Of a stretch of 64,000 bases of DNA, positions 26,361-38,400 are shown piece by piece. The notes under the pieces are model-generated. The model was not told the origin of the DNA. It saw nothing but the letters and a program-made list of their open reading frames with translations, and made no database searches. The position numbers and the translations under genes were made by a program. This stretch comes from Lama glama (Eukaryota), in assembly GCA_028534125.1 (NCBI GenBank), contig CM052818.1:25732001-25796000 (forward strand). The letters are read 5' to 3'. Within the stretch, counting starts at the first letter, position 1. Every line of letters begins with the position of its first letter.

Positions 26361-27682
26361 ATCTGTAGCTGTGGGTGTCTAAAAATAATTTTTTCACGAT
26401 GTGGTAATGGTGCCAACCAGATTATCAATTACTGATTCTGTCCCAGTATTGAACTGTGAAGCCTGGCTTGTCACAACTGGATCCCTCCAAAATACCAGGA
26501 AATAAATAGCAATCAACAGAGACTTGATGCTTCGTTTCATTTCTAGATTGTCTTCTTTAATCCATTCTTCTCTTTCTTATATTTGAATATCTAAGAGAAG
26601 GGCTTGATAATCTGGAGGTCATTGGCAATCTTCCTTCTCCACTACAACACTGGGCAGAGTTAATCTTTTAAAGTTGTGCAGTAGGTAAAGTTTATCTTTG
26701 TGATCTCAGCTTTCTTCACCCTTTTCCCTGGCATGCAATACCCAACGTGCCCTGGCCATTTAGAACCCCATACCAGAGTGCACACAAAATTGCTCTCCAT
26801 GTTAAGGTGGTGGTTACAAGATTCTCTCTCTTCTTTGCTCACCCAGAAATTACCCTCTTAGTGCTCCATCTCCAGTTGGTTGATAGGGCTGAGAAGTGGG
26901 GGGCATAAAAGAGGTTTAAGGAGTGGTTGAAATGTTACTCCTTGTGAAAAGAACTCAATTTGATTAGGCAGAACTGTTGCCTTTAGTTTAAAAGCACTAG
27001 AGTTTGTCTTACTGTTTGCAGGACAAAACAACGACAACCAAAAAAAACTCCCCAAACATATGTATGTATATAGTATGTCTGAATTGCAGAGGCACACATT
27101 GGTGTTCATGCAGAAATATTTCCAAGTATCATTTTTGTAAATTTTCACTTCTCTTCAAAAAGCATTGTAGTATGAAAACAATCAAGCAGACTGACTCTTT
27201 TTTCCCTTTCTATGGTCATTTTGCTGTCATTTGCAGAATAGCTGAAGTTATCTTAGGACTTTGCTTTTCAGATTGAGATAATATCTGTATTAGCACTATC
27301 TTTTCTAAGTCTTTATTAGAAGAGTTAATTTGGTGATATGATTTGGTGATATGATTATTGCTATCTTCAGTTCTCTTCATTGCAAGAATATTTACTATTA
27401 AAAAAAATTGTTACTAATAAAAGATTCCAAAAAGAGCACATATATTGGCCAATACTTGACTAAGACTCAATATCGGACATATTTATTCAAAAGCTTCCTA
27501 CATCACAACACACATAGAAAATATTAATATTTGTATTGCACACTGATGTAAGTTGGAGTCATCTGGCCTGGAGGCTGTGCCTGCGCCTGGTCTCACCCAG
27601 CTGCCCCAAAGGTTGAAGGGAATCTTTCTCTCAGCATACCCAATTCGTTGGGGGACCTGGTTAGAGAGGGCTTATATAAAAT

Positions 27683-27837
27683 GCTGTTGTTCAAAATGTG
27701 GTCTTCACATCAGCACCATCAGCATCACCTGGGAGCTTGTTAGAAATTCAGACTTGCAGGCTCTATCACTGAATTAGAATCTGCATTAACATCAGATTCC
27801 TAGGTGATTCATGTACACATTAAAGTTTGAGAGTATG
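27683..27837. mobile_element. MER5-family hAT element
   Basis: TCAAAATGTGGTC...CAGCATCACCTGGGAGCTTGTTAGAAAT...AGGTGATTCATGTACACATTAAAGTTTGAGA. Confidence 0.85.
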
Positions 27838-28099
27838 GATCTAGAAAATAGTGGGTGGTACTACTAGATATGGGAGGTTGCACTTACCGGACATTAACAA
27901 AATAGCACATCATTAAAACGTTTTTTTCCCCTGGAAGAAGTTGTGCCTAAATGGCATTGCTTGGGATCCAAGATATGATCCTATAACTCTTCTGTCATCA
28001 TGGAGCTTCGTATACATATAAAATCTTTCAGTATTCTATAAATGTGCAGAATAAAACACATGGTCTACTTAAACCAAACGTTCATTTTTTTTTTTTTAG

Positions 28100-28675
28100 G
28101 TGTGCGTGGAAGATAAGGAGGTTGCACCTAAGTCATTTCATCCTCCTCCAAGCTTCAAGTACTGCCTGAGGGCTGGTAAACCAAAAATCACATCCTCCAG
28201 ACTTTGTTGCAGCTATTATTATGGAAATATATAGGTTTCAATAATCAAAAGCTTCCATGTACAATCTGGAGAGCTGTTTCTCTGATAGGCATGGTTGTAG
28301 AGGCAATTTTTTCTTCTGTAGCAGAGGTATCAGAAGTGTCATTGTTCAGTCATCAGCTTTGTGAACATCAGGAAGCACTGGCAGTGCATACATTTTGCTG
28401 GTTCAGATTAGTTGGTATGGTGATTCTGGAGCTGGCTGTGAAAGTGGCAGCTTCTTGATTCTGGTGTCTTCCAGACAGTGGCTGTGGTGCTGTACTGTGG
28501 AAGCTGTCGGCTTCTCAATGAGGAAGAGCACAGCTCTTTTCGTATTTTAGTTTTGAGGTATGGTTTTGAGAATTGCTCCATTAATATTCTCAATTATTCT
28601 TGTCAAGTGTATTAATACTTCCAGCTTAAACTAACCAGAATGGGTTCTGTTCTTCCCAGCTGAACTTTGATATAG
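28100..28675 (+). mobile_element. ERVL-type LTR (LTR33/LTR41-like)
   Basis: Ends GCTTAAACTAACCAGAATGGGTTCTGTTCTT..., resembling an ERVL LTR 3' end. Confidence 0.5.
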
Positions 28676-29707
28676 TCTGCTCAATCTGTTTTCAGGACAA
28701 CTCATTTTTCATTGATTTATTTAACAAATATTTATTGAAGGCCTTCTCTGAAAAGATGTTGCGATATATAGTACATATATATCTTCAGATGTGTAAAGCA
28801 ATGATTTTAACTCACACAAATTATATGTTGCTTTAAGAATTATATTTCTAGGAAAGTAGTTCCATCCAATTACAGCAGAAAATTAAAAGTTCCATTTCCA
28901 ATTTAATCATCATAGATGGTTCATATGTCCTCATTGGTATAATGAAGAGATGGGAATTTAGAGACAAAAGATTAGACTTTCCAAACGTCATCTGACAAAT
29001 GGAGATAGTAAGGACCTGCCCTACCTAATGAGGTTTCTGTGAGAATCAAATGAGGCAAACTATATGAAACTGCTTTGTACATAATAAAGTGCTACACAGT
29101 GCTGATTATTTACTTCTAATTATAATAGTAACTTTATCCTACAAAGTTTTCAACAAAAGTGCTACTTATAATAGCACCTTTAAATACAACTATTTTTGTT
29201 TGTCTAATTCTCAATTCATTGCAAATTCTGATTTTTATATAATCATGTTCTTAAAGATAAATAAGAGAGTGACTACTTACTTTGTGAAAGGAATTTCACT
29301 TTTGAAAAATATTCACAATAGGAAAACTTCCATTAAATGTGACTCTCACATTTAATACAAATGTTGATTTGCAAATTTAAATAATATGTGTTTTGGTACA
29401 TGCAGTGCACAAAATGATCTATAGTTGTTTAGTTGTTTGAAAAATTGAATCGTATCTTACAATGATCTCGTTTCAAACATGGGTAAGATCAGTCTCTGGG
29501 AAACTTGCAGACATAATTTGCAAAGTTCACATGCTTTGTTTCATGTGCTTCTATTTCTTGAGCTATGTGAAAGAGAAGCTTAATTTAGATCAACAATGTT
29601 GATCAACCAATGTTTAGTTGGTGCCTCCCACGTATGAGACAGTGTTCTAGGTGTTGAAGACACATAGATGAATGAGATACAGTCATCCCCTATGCTACTG
29701 TCCAGTC

Positions 29708-29837
29708 CAGCACTGTCCAAAGCAGCAGCCAATTGTACACATGTGGCTAGTGTGACTCAGAAACTGAATTTTATTTTATTTTAACTTAAATACAAATAGC
29801 CACTTGTGACTAGTGGCCACTATATTGGACAGCACAG
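29708..29837. mobile_element. MER3/MER33-like hAT element (internally deleted)
   Basis: Inverted termini CAGCACTGTCCAA / TTGGACAGCACAG; internal ATGTGGCTAGTGTGACT...AAATAGCCAC. Confidence 0.8.
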
Positions 29838-31589
29838 GTCTAGGCCAAACCCAATAGCTGACTTGTGGTTACCAAAAAAAAAAAAAAAAAAAAGATGCAG
29901 GAGCAAAACAGTTTTCTTATCTTAAAATAAAGGTGGACTATTAATTTTCTGGTCTTGGAGTGGGGGTGGGGAAAGTGCGGCAATGGTATGGGGAAGTAAG
30001 TAGCATCAATGGAAACAATTATATGATTCTGTTTAAAATCTGTTCTGTTTGATTAAAATGTCCCCTAACATATTTGGAATGCAAAGACACTGCCAGGCCA
30101 AGAAAGCTAAAGACAGCAAAGGTAAAAAAACTGAGGTCTAAAAAGCTTACTTTATGTGTTACCATTAGCATTCCTTGCTGTTTTTATAGTGGTTGCAACA
30201 TTAAAGATCAGGAAAAGATGAAGTTGTTTGTGACATGCTTACGAAGGAAACTTCCTTGATGGGGTCAGGAGGGCCACAACCAAGATATTTTTATTTTACT
30301 CAAATTAAAAAAAAAACAGAAAAGAATTAAGAGCTCATACTTCACACACACAAAAAGGTATTACATGTTACTGATCACTTATAATTGGGAATGATCTGTA
30401 GTACTTAAAATGTTTTTGTTAAAAGTGATCAGGTACTGGTTAATTTTGTTTTACCTACATTTTCATATGCAAGATGAATTTACTTTAATAAATTTTATTT
30501 ACTCTTAACAATGGACAGATACTATGATTTTCTTTTTTATTTATTAAAATTATTTTTAAAGATGTTGAAACTATCAGTTCACATGAGTCAGAGAAAGATG
30601 AAAACAATTTAAACATTATTTCTAAGACTAAGGGTAACTGGCTATAACTGATAAGAATCTGAATTTTACCTGTCATTATCTGGTCATATACCAGATATCC
30701 TTCTAGGGTCAATGTATTTATTTTTGCAGATTCGTCACAAATGATTTCTTTGAAGAGGCCAAACAGTGGCAGCTCCAGCCCCAACGCAGACCTGCATGAT
30801 GATAGAATCTGAAAGAGAATACCACTGTGGTTACACTTGACTACACAGTGCGGTAATAGTGCTTGAGGCACTTCCTGCAGGGTGCATTCTCCTGGAACGG
30901 TGGCTTCTTTTCACCATAACTAACCAAATGAATTGAAGGGGCTAGACTGGGTAACAGCGCCATAGCGCTTCTTCTTGGTGATCTCTAACGTGAAAGTGGT
31001 ATCATCACAAATAGTATACTCTGGATTTGACAAACTTTCATAGGAACTAATTGATTTGTCTCTGAATGAATTTTGTTCTAAGCTGGATTTCATGTTAAAC
31101 ATGTCTTAATTAAAATACCTCTTTAGGATTCCAATCCTTTGGAAATAAGTGCTCACAAGTAAGGTTAAGGTTTTATTTGATTTTTGTAGGAGCTGAGGCA
31201 GGAAATAAAAGTTTTGTATACTCAGTGAAGTAGCAATATTAGAAACTGAGTTTGGGTATGAAAATCTTATTTGTATTTCTAGTTGTTCAAATGATGCATC
31301 CATCAGAAAATGGTGAAACTTTTCTTATGATTTCTGGGCCTTTCTTTGTCTACAGAAATTACATTTAAAAATCAAGACTAAAACAGTGCATTATATTTGT
31401 AATTTTCTATGCAAACTAACTGAATTTCATTATGCCAATGATAAAAGTGATAACTATAATCTATGCCTTCCCAGAGTTACAGCTGTCTAAGCCCTGGTAG
31501 AAATTAGTGAAGGAATAAGTATCATAAGTGAATATAAATTCAATTTATATGTTCATGGCAATAAATAATATAGTAATTAAATCATCATT

Positions 31590-31825
31590 CATTATGATGA
31601 CGAGTTCTGGCTCTGGGATCAGACACTTGGTTTTTAGTCCTGGCTCTCTAGCTTACTAACAGCAGTCTAGGGCAGGTCTCTTAACTTCTTCTAGACTTTA
31701 ATTGTACCGTGGGCACAGTAATAATAATACCTCTGTTAGAGGGCTTCTGTCAGAAATCATCGACCTTACCCCTGTAGTGGTTAGCACAGTGCCTGGCGCA
31801 TTCTAAGTGCCTGTTCTTATTATGT
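31590..31825 (+). mobile_element. MIR SINE
   Basis: GGCTCTGGGATCAGACACTTGG...CTTACTAACAG...TTAGCACAGTGCCTGGC. Confidence 0.7.
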
Positions 31826-34029
31826 GTCTGTTATATGTGCCTTGTTTCTTCAACCTGATTGCAAGCTTTGAGGAGTCAGAAACTAGCTCATATAGTTTTC
31901 TAGTCTCTTCATCACTCAGGACAATGTTTTACAAATTACACAGGTCAGCAATGATATTTAAAACTAAAGGGCAATTTGGGGCCAGATGATAAAGGACCTT
32001 GACTATCAGTTTCCCCAGACCTTCCCTAGACCTGTCTCCCACTCTAGTACAATCTCTGAGTCCCCTTTGAGTTGTGGCAATGGGAATTCATGACTGCTGC
32101 CTACTCCAATCAACAGCTACCAGTCCAATCAAGCACTCACACAACTGGCCAGAAGCCTGAGGCTGTACGTATTGTCGTGCAAAAGAGATTCCAGGTTGAG
32201 TTAAATACCTGATTTATTTTCATACATTTAGGAGCTGTTTCTGAGTTTTTCAGGCACTTCCAGCTACTGGGCAGTATGTTATTTACCTTGCCTAAGTTAA
32301 ATCATGCAGAATATAACGTATGTCCTCTTTCTTTAGCTCTTGTCATGGTTTTAGTGATGAGCTAGTTTTCCGTAGTGATGAATTTTTCCATGCCTAAGAA
32401 CCTACTGCCACTGAACAACTCATCTGCAATAAGCTCAAAGGTCACTCTCGGTCAATGTACAGATCTATGTCCTTTAAACATGCTTTTGAGTTTTACTTCT
32501 TAGCCCTTTAAACCAACAGTTTGATTCGAGCTGTTTCAAAAAAGTATTAAGTTTAACACTAGTACATACTGACTCTACTCTGTTAGTGGAGTAAACACTG
32601 AGTATAGCAGCAAGGGTCGGCAAGGCTGGGTTTCCTTACCGGTAGATTGGTATGATAGCTGCATTTTTAACCTGATATAATTCATAGGTTGGATGTAGGC
32701 TTCGAGAATTTAAAATATTTTCACCATCACAAGAAATATTTGGAAAGTTTGTATAAGGCCTCCTGGCTCCACTCATTGTTCACAGTGCTCCGCCAGCATT
32801 TTCTTATCTGCAGCCAGCTCTGCAGCTCCCTTTGATATTTCTTCTGTCTACCTCCATTTTATCAATACTTTAAAAAATACATTTCTAATTGTGTTTTTTT
32901 TCTTCCTTTTTTTTTCTAATTGTGTTTTAGTTCTGTTTTGTCAATGTATACCAGCTGGCGCACACAAATTTAATTATAGCTATACGGTGTTGTGAAAAAG
33001 CTTCCAAATGGATTCCAAAATGACAGGCAGTGTAAATTATAAACTACAAAACAGTGTAGGTTAAAGCACTGTCAGCAATAAATAAAAATGGCTTTTTTTG
33101 AAGAAAGAACTTTGGAAAGGAGAGAGACTAGGCTGGGGGAGGAAACAATCCACACCGTTAGGAAAGGAAGAGCCACATTTAGCGAAGCATCTGAGGGGCA
33201 AGGACAATGAAACACTTAAGTGAATCTTGATCCGCAGCAATCCTCCAAAGATTAAACCACCGAGGGCAGTTAGGTTGTGTCAGATTTGCCAGTTCCGCTC
33301 CTGAAACATACTGGACTTTTATTTCCCAAGGCCCACTTACACAGCATCGTTTAGCACGCAACTCGTGCCGGGGGCTGTACAGGAACTGGGTTAGCAAAGA
33401 TGAAAAGAGCTCAGTTCCTGTCTCCAAGCGCTTCTTGTCTTTAAAACAGAACATCCTAATAGGCAGGTATAGAGGGCCCCGCTGCAAAAAAGCGGCAACT
33501 AGAAGCTTGAGGAGTCCTCAAGGCTCCACAGAGGAAATGAGCTGTGTGTGGTCCAAAGGGCAAACAATTTTGATAGGCTCTAGGCTCTCGTATCTTTCAA
33601 ATAAACGATAACGTGAAATAAACATATCGTCCAGAACGGAAAGGCTTGAGACGAAGGATGAAACTTGATATGGAAGGTTTATGACGCATTTAATTGGAGC
33701 AAGGACTTGAGACAAGTCCCCTGTAACTGCCAGGAAAAGAAGAGTCCAGAAGACCCATGAGTGCTAACAGATCAAACTGACAGTCGCCCTGTGGAGTGTC
33801 TCGTTCAGACTCGCACCTCAGTAAATACCGACTGTTCTCGAGTATCTACTCAGGGCCGGTGATAGAGGCCACTTGTACCAGATTTTGCACACAACATAGG
33901 GAAGAAGGCTACTCTCACGGTTCTAAGCCCTTTTCTCCCCTCACCCCCTGTAGTTTTAGGGCAGTGTGAGGTATACCGGCTGGGATTTTCTCTTTTGAAG
34001 AGAAGTTAATAAAAGCATTTAAATTAGCG

Positions 34030-35460
34030 GGAGGGCGGTTAACAACCGCAGCCCTGGCCCCACTGCACGCCTCCTCGCCCGCTGGGGTTCACTCCGTGCC
34101 TCACCTCGAGTTAGCCCAACAGCACTAACGGCCGCGGGGGTAGCAACCGCCACTACGGCGCGTAGCTGACATTGCAAGGCCGGGAGTCGCAGGCAAGCGG
34201 CGAGTTCAGAAGGCGCGGGGAGGGGGCGGGCGAGGCCAGGCCGTGGTCGGCTTTTGACGAACAGCCTTTACAGCCAATTGGAAGCATGGTCCACTTTTCC
34301 CTCTGCCAATAGGGAACGAGACCCGGGTTGGGAGGGGGTGCTTCCCGAGGGCTGCGGCTGGATTCGATCCTACGCCGCCGCCGCGAAGGCGGGGGCGAAG
34401 GTTCTGCTTGGGCGGCGAGGAGCGGATTAGGGGAGGAGGGAAGACCGGAAGCCACGGTCGCGTCCCCATCCTTAGATTCGCTCCCCCCGGCTGGGAGCGG
34501 ATTCGGAGGCGGAGGGAGAGGCTGGATGTTGGCTCAGTGATAAAGAGGAGCGGCCGCTCTGGAGCCTCTTCCCGGGGGGCCCCCCTTCGTCCCGCCCGCT
34601 CTCCGCACCCACCCAGCTTCTGAGCGCGCGGCCCCCGCGGACGGCCCAGCTGCGCAGACCTTCGCTGAAGAGGCGCTGCCCGCGGGGAGGACTAACCGGT
34701 GGCGTCCGAGGCCCGCGCCCTGCCGCCACCCCCCCGCCTACCAGCCGGTCCCTCCGGCCGCCGCCATGTCCTCCTCCTCATCCTCCCCTAGGGAGACGTA
34801 CGAGGAGGACCGGGAGTACGAGAGCCAGGCCAAACGCCTCAAGACCGAGGAGGGCGAGATCGACTACTCGGCAGAGGAAGGCGAGAACCGCCGGGAAGCG
34901 ACGCCCCGGGGCGGGGGCGATGGCGGCGGTGGTGGCCGGAGCTTCTCACAGCCGGTAACAAAGCGGGGCGCCCAGTCCGCTGTGCCCGGCGGCTCCCCGG
35001 GAAGCAGGGCCCGGCGGCGGGGACTCGGCCCCGTGCCTCCCGCCGCCTCGTTTTCTCCTTCTGCTGCGTTGACCCTTTCGGGAAACGCCGGCTCTTCTTT
35101 TTGAGGCTTTTAGTCTTCGTCCTACCTGTTTCCAGCATCCCGATCGCGAACCCGGCCCCGGCCTGGCTGCAGGCCCCGCGGAAAGTCAGCCGCCGGCCTT
35201 GAACTTGGGGAGGGTCCGGGGGCGGGGGCGGAGTGGAGGCGTTACTCCCGCTCGGGGTGGGGTATGTTGGGGGCGCTCTGTTGCGTGATTAGTCCTTTGT
35301 TAGTTTAACTCCTCCGGCGGCTGGCCGGCGTCGGGACGACCCGCTCCCTTCAGCCCCCTGCCCGCAGCATCCCCGCGCGCTGATTACGATCTCAGGATAG
35401 GGGCGTCGGTTCCACCCAGGGCTCTTTACGCCCAGGTCCTGAGGAGAGCCGCAGCTAGGT
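34030..35460. promoter_or_regulatory. CpG island / HNRNPLL promoter spanning exon 1
   Basis: Abrupt GC- and CpG-rich segment in an AT-rich background; GC box GGGGCGGG at about 34223-34230; CCAAT at 34274-34278 and 34306-34310; ETS-like CCGGAAG at 34445-34451. Confidence 0.92.
34766..34954 (+). CDS. HNRNPLL: HNRNPLL exon 1, coding part (189 nt)
   Basis: Kozak GCCGCCATG at 34760-34768; MSSSSSSPRE...GGGGGRSFSQP; donor CCG|GTAACA. Confidence 0.97.
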
Positions 35461-38400
35461 AACAGATTTGGCCCTGACTCTCACACCCTAATTCCCCTAA
35501 AGATTTAATTTAACATTTTTTACTCTTAATAGACCTGGCGCACATGCTTTGCTCCCAGTTTCATGATTATTGCTCAGTACAGTTTTTAGCTTTTAGGTTG
35601 AAAAAAAAATGTGTTGGTAGGTGTTCACACACCTCTATTTACAAGTAAAAAGAATCACCGCAGTTCTTCATGGGCAGTTTGTTCCCAATTCGCTCCACAA
35701 AATGAGGAACTGAACTCAATCGAACACACATTCCTAGATTCTTGTTTCATTAAAAAGGTTAGCTTGAGGCAGAAGAAATGTGAAAATCCACAGCAAGTAG
35801 TAGCTCAGCTTTAAGGAAACAAAGTAAAGCAAATGTTTTTGCCCTTTTTGGTGCACTTATGCTGTCTAATTGACTTAAATGTTCTTTAAACATTTAACAC
35901 ATTTTAATTGATTTTTTCAAAGCAAACTTTCCCGAAATTTATGAAATTTTGCACATATTCTAATATTAGAATGTTTTGCACCTTTTATAAGAAATTATAA
36001 GTCTTAGCAAATTAGAAGTCTGTTAGCTCTTTTCTGCATTTTTATGTAAAAAATTCTGGTCAGTAGTTTCCAGTGTTAGAGTTCCAAATACAAATGTTGC
36101 CACATTTAAAAAAAAGGAACTTTTTCTTCCTCTAAATTTAAGAGTTTTCTTACATCTAGATATTGCTTTGGACTTTTGTTCCTGGCTATTTGGAATATTC
36201 AAAATGTAACTTCAGATTTCATAATGTAACAAAAAGTGTGAATAAAGAAAGTGCATTTCTTCTTAAGTTTCAGTTCAAAGCCAACTCTATTGTGGATGCT
36301 GGAAACAGGAATATTATAACTGATATTTAGATGCATTGGATCAGTGTATTTCTTTTGCCCAAGTCTTGCTTGAATTTTTGTGCCACAGCATGAAATGTCT
36401 TCCATCAAGTGTCTTGGGAAAATATTTTAACCAGTTTATTAAAAATTTTTGGTTTTGAAAACAAATTAAATATTAAGCCAATAGTATTATTTTGGATGTT
36501 GGGAAGAAAATTATGTATAATTAATACACATCCAGAGTGAATTTTATGTAGCAGTGGGAATAGCACTGGACAGGTCTTGGGGAGAGTCAGGCTAGCACAC
36601 ATCCATGTGACCTTGGGAAAGTCACTTTACTACTTAGAATTCTCTTAGTCTGTAAAATGTGAAAGTTGAACTACAGGCTTTCCATACCTGAAGTTGTAGT
36701 TCAGTGATTGATGTAATACAGCTTTTAAATTACCTCGGCAGGAACTAATGTATGCAGATTGAGTTATAAATTCAAATTTTGTTTATCTTATTGGTGTTAT
36801 GTTTCTTAGGAGAGGGTGAATTGCTTTTATTTAACATAGAACCAATACTGCACTGTGAAATCTAATGAAGGATTATTTTTCCTGTTTTTTAAACATTTTT
36901 GAAATCATTGCAACTGTGGAAACCTGCACATATTAAAATTTTACTAGGACAGGAATGCCCTGAATAGAAGTTTACTGTCTAGTGTGTCATTATCCAGAAG
37001 TATAGTAATTCATGTAACTGAAAAAGATTTGGCTCAACCTCAGCCAGGTCCTAGAAGAAATAAACCTTTGTGATCAAATTATGTGAGTAAATGCAGATTA
37101 GGTACAATGATGGGTAATCTTTTCAACTCTAGTTGGAAGTTTGTAAAAGTGTACAGTAAGACTTCAGAGATTTACATTGGCTTTTCATAAGTTTCCTTGA
37201 GAATAATAACTAGATTTAAAGAGGAACATTAGTATTTAAGAAAAACTGCTTCTACAAATGCTCCTGATTTAAAGATGAATTGATCATTGTGAATGATCAT
37301 GATGTTTTAAGGTATAAAGAGAAATGAGTTTGTAGTTCAGATATGAGAAATGATACCCTTCAAATTTATGTCTTCTGGTACTTTGAAGAGCAAAACCCCT
37401 CCTGAGTGTTTCAGATTATTTGGGCTGCATTTTGAACAAAGCTTGATTATGGAGGTTCATGCTATATATTATACAATTACTTTATTCTTAAGGAATAAGT
37501 TGTATTCTTAAATTTTTCAGTTATGACCTTCAAGATCGTATTAATAGTAAATTTCTGTATCTTTTAAAAAAAGCAGCTTGACTTCTAAATATTAGCACTT
37601 CACTTGGCAAAACCAGTTGAGGAACTGAATTGGGAAGTTACCTAGAAAAGATTTTTTTTTATAAAGATTGGTATCAATAAAAATTAATGGAGTGCTAATT
37701 TATTTTAGAGACTTTTAAGTTTTTCTTTTATTCTGCTCTGCTAATGAGTAAACAGGCAAATCAGTGACTGTTAAAGTGATTTGTTTGCTGATGAGGTGAA
37801 AATATGTTTCTCAACTTTTAATAAATAGACTTGCAAGGTGGCAAAATGCCAAGATAAAAATATAGATCTTAGGATTTCCAAATAAAGGAATATGCATTAT
37901 ATAGAGAATCTAGTTTGAATTTAAGATGCACTGTTAAACTTTAAAGATCTGAATACAGAGATGATAGGAATATTTTGATGGCTTATTGAGATGACTATGG
38001 AATGGGAGGTGGCATGAAGTCACTTTGTTAGCTTAGCTCCCACAGGAAAAGTTTGGAGACTGTGACAGCATAGTAACTACACTCTGGAGAATAAAAAGGT
38101 TCAAGGATGTGTACCTCAGAGATAAGTGCCAGAGCTTTGAGGCTTCTGTAGCAGTAACGTCCTGTCTCATTTAGCTAAACTGCTAAAGTAGAGTGAGGAT
38201 TTTAGGCCTAGTTTTGGAAAGTAAATGAAAAGTAGTAGGTTTTACTATCTTTTGGTTTTAACAAGTGACTATTTCTTCGTGTTAGTACAAAGAGTGAAAA
38301 GTGCTGTTAATAGAGCCATAAGCCCAACTAAAGCAGGTGCCTTGGCTCTGCTACCAGTATGCTTTGTGACTTAACCTCTGTGGAACTCACCTTGCTACCA

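Larger units (their letters stand above)
2486..32423 (-). pseudogene. Candidate decayed multi-exon gene (unitary pseudogene or lncRNA), head-to-head with HNRNPLL; family unidentified
   Basis: Non-repeat minus-strand blocks bounded by AG and GT: 32423-32287, 31349-30670, 28035-27888, ~8666-8415, 7393-7173, 3249-3160, 2606-2486; protein-like frames, several with in-frame stops. Confidence 0.35.

Noticed and set aside
27328..27356. 13-bp tandem duplication (ATTTGGTGATATG)x2; a similar 14-bp duplication at ~43147-43174
   Set aside because: Ordinary slippage duplications with no sign of function
34153..35138. Several overlapping GC-rich ORFs on both strands around exon 1
   Set aside because: Expected stop-poor frames in a CpG island; only the 34766 frame continues into the spliced protein
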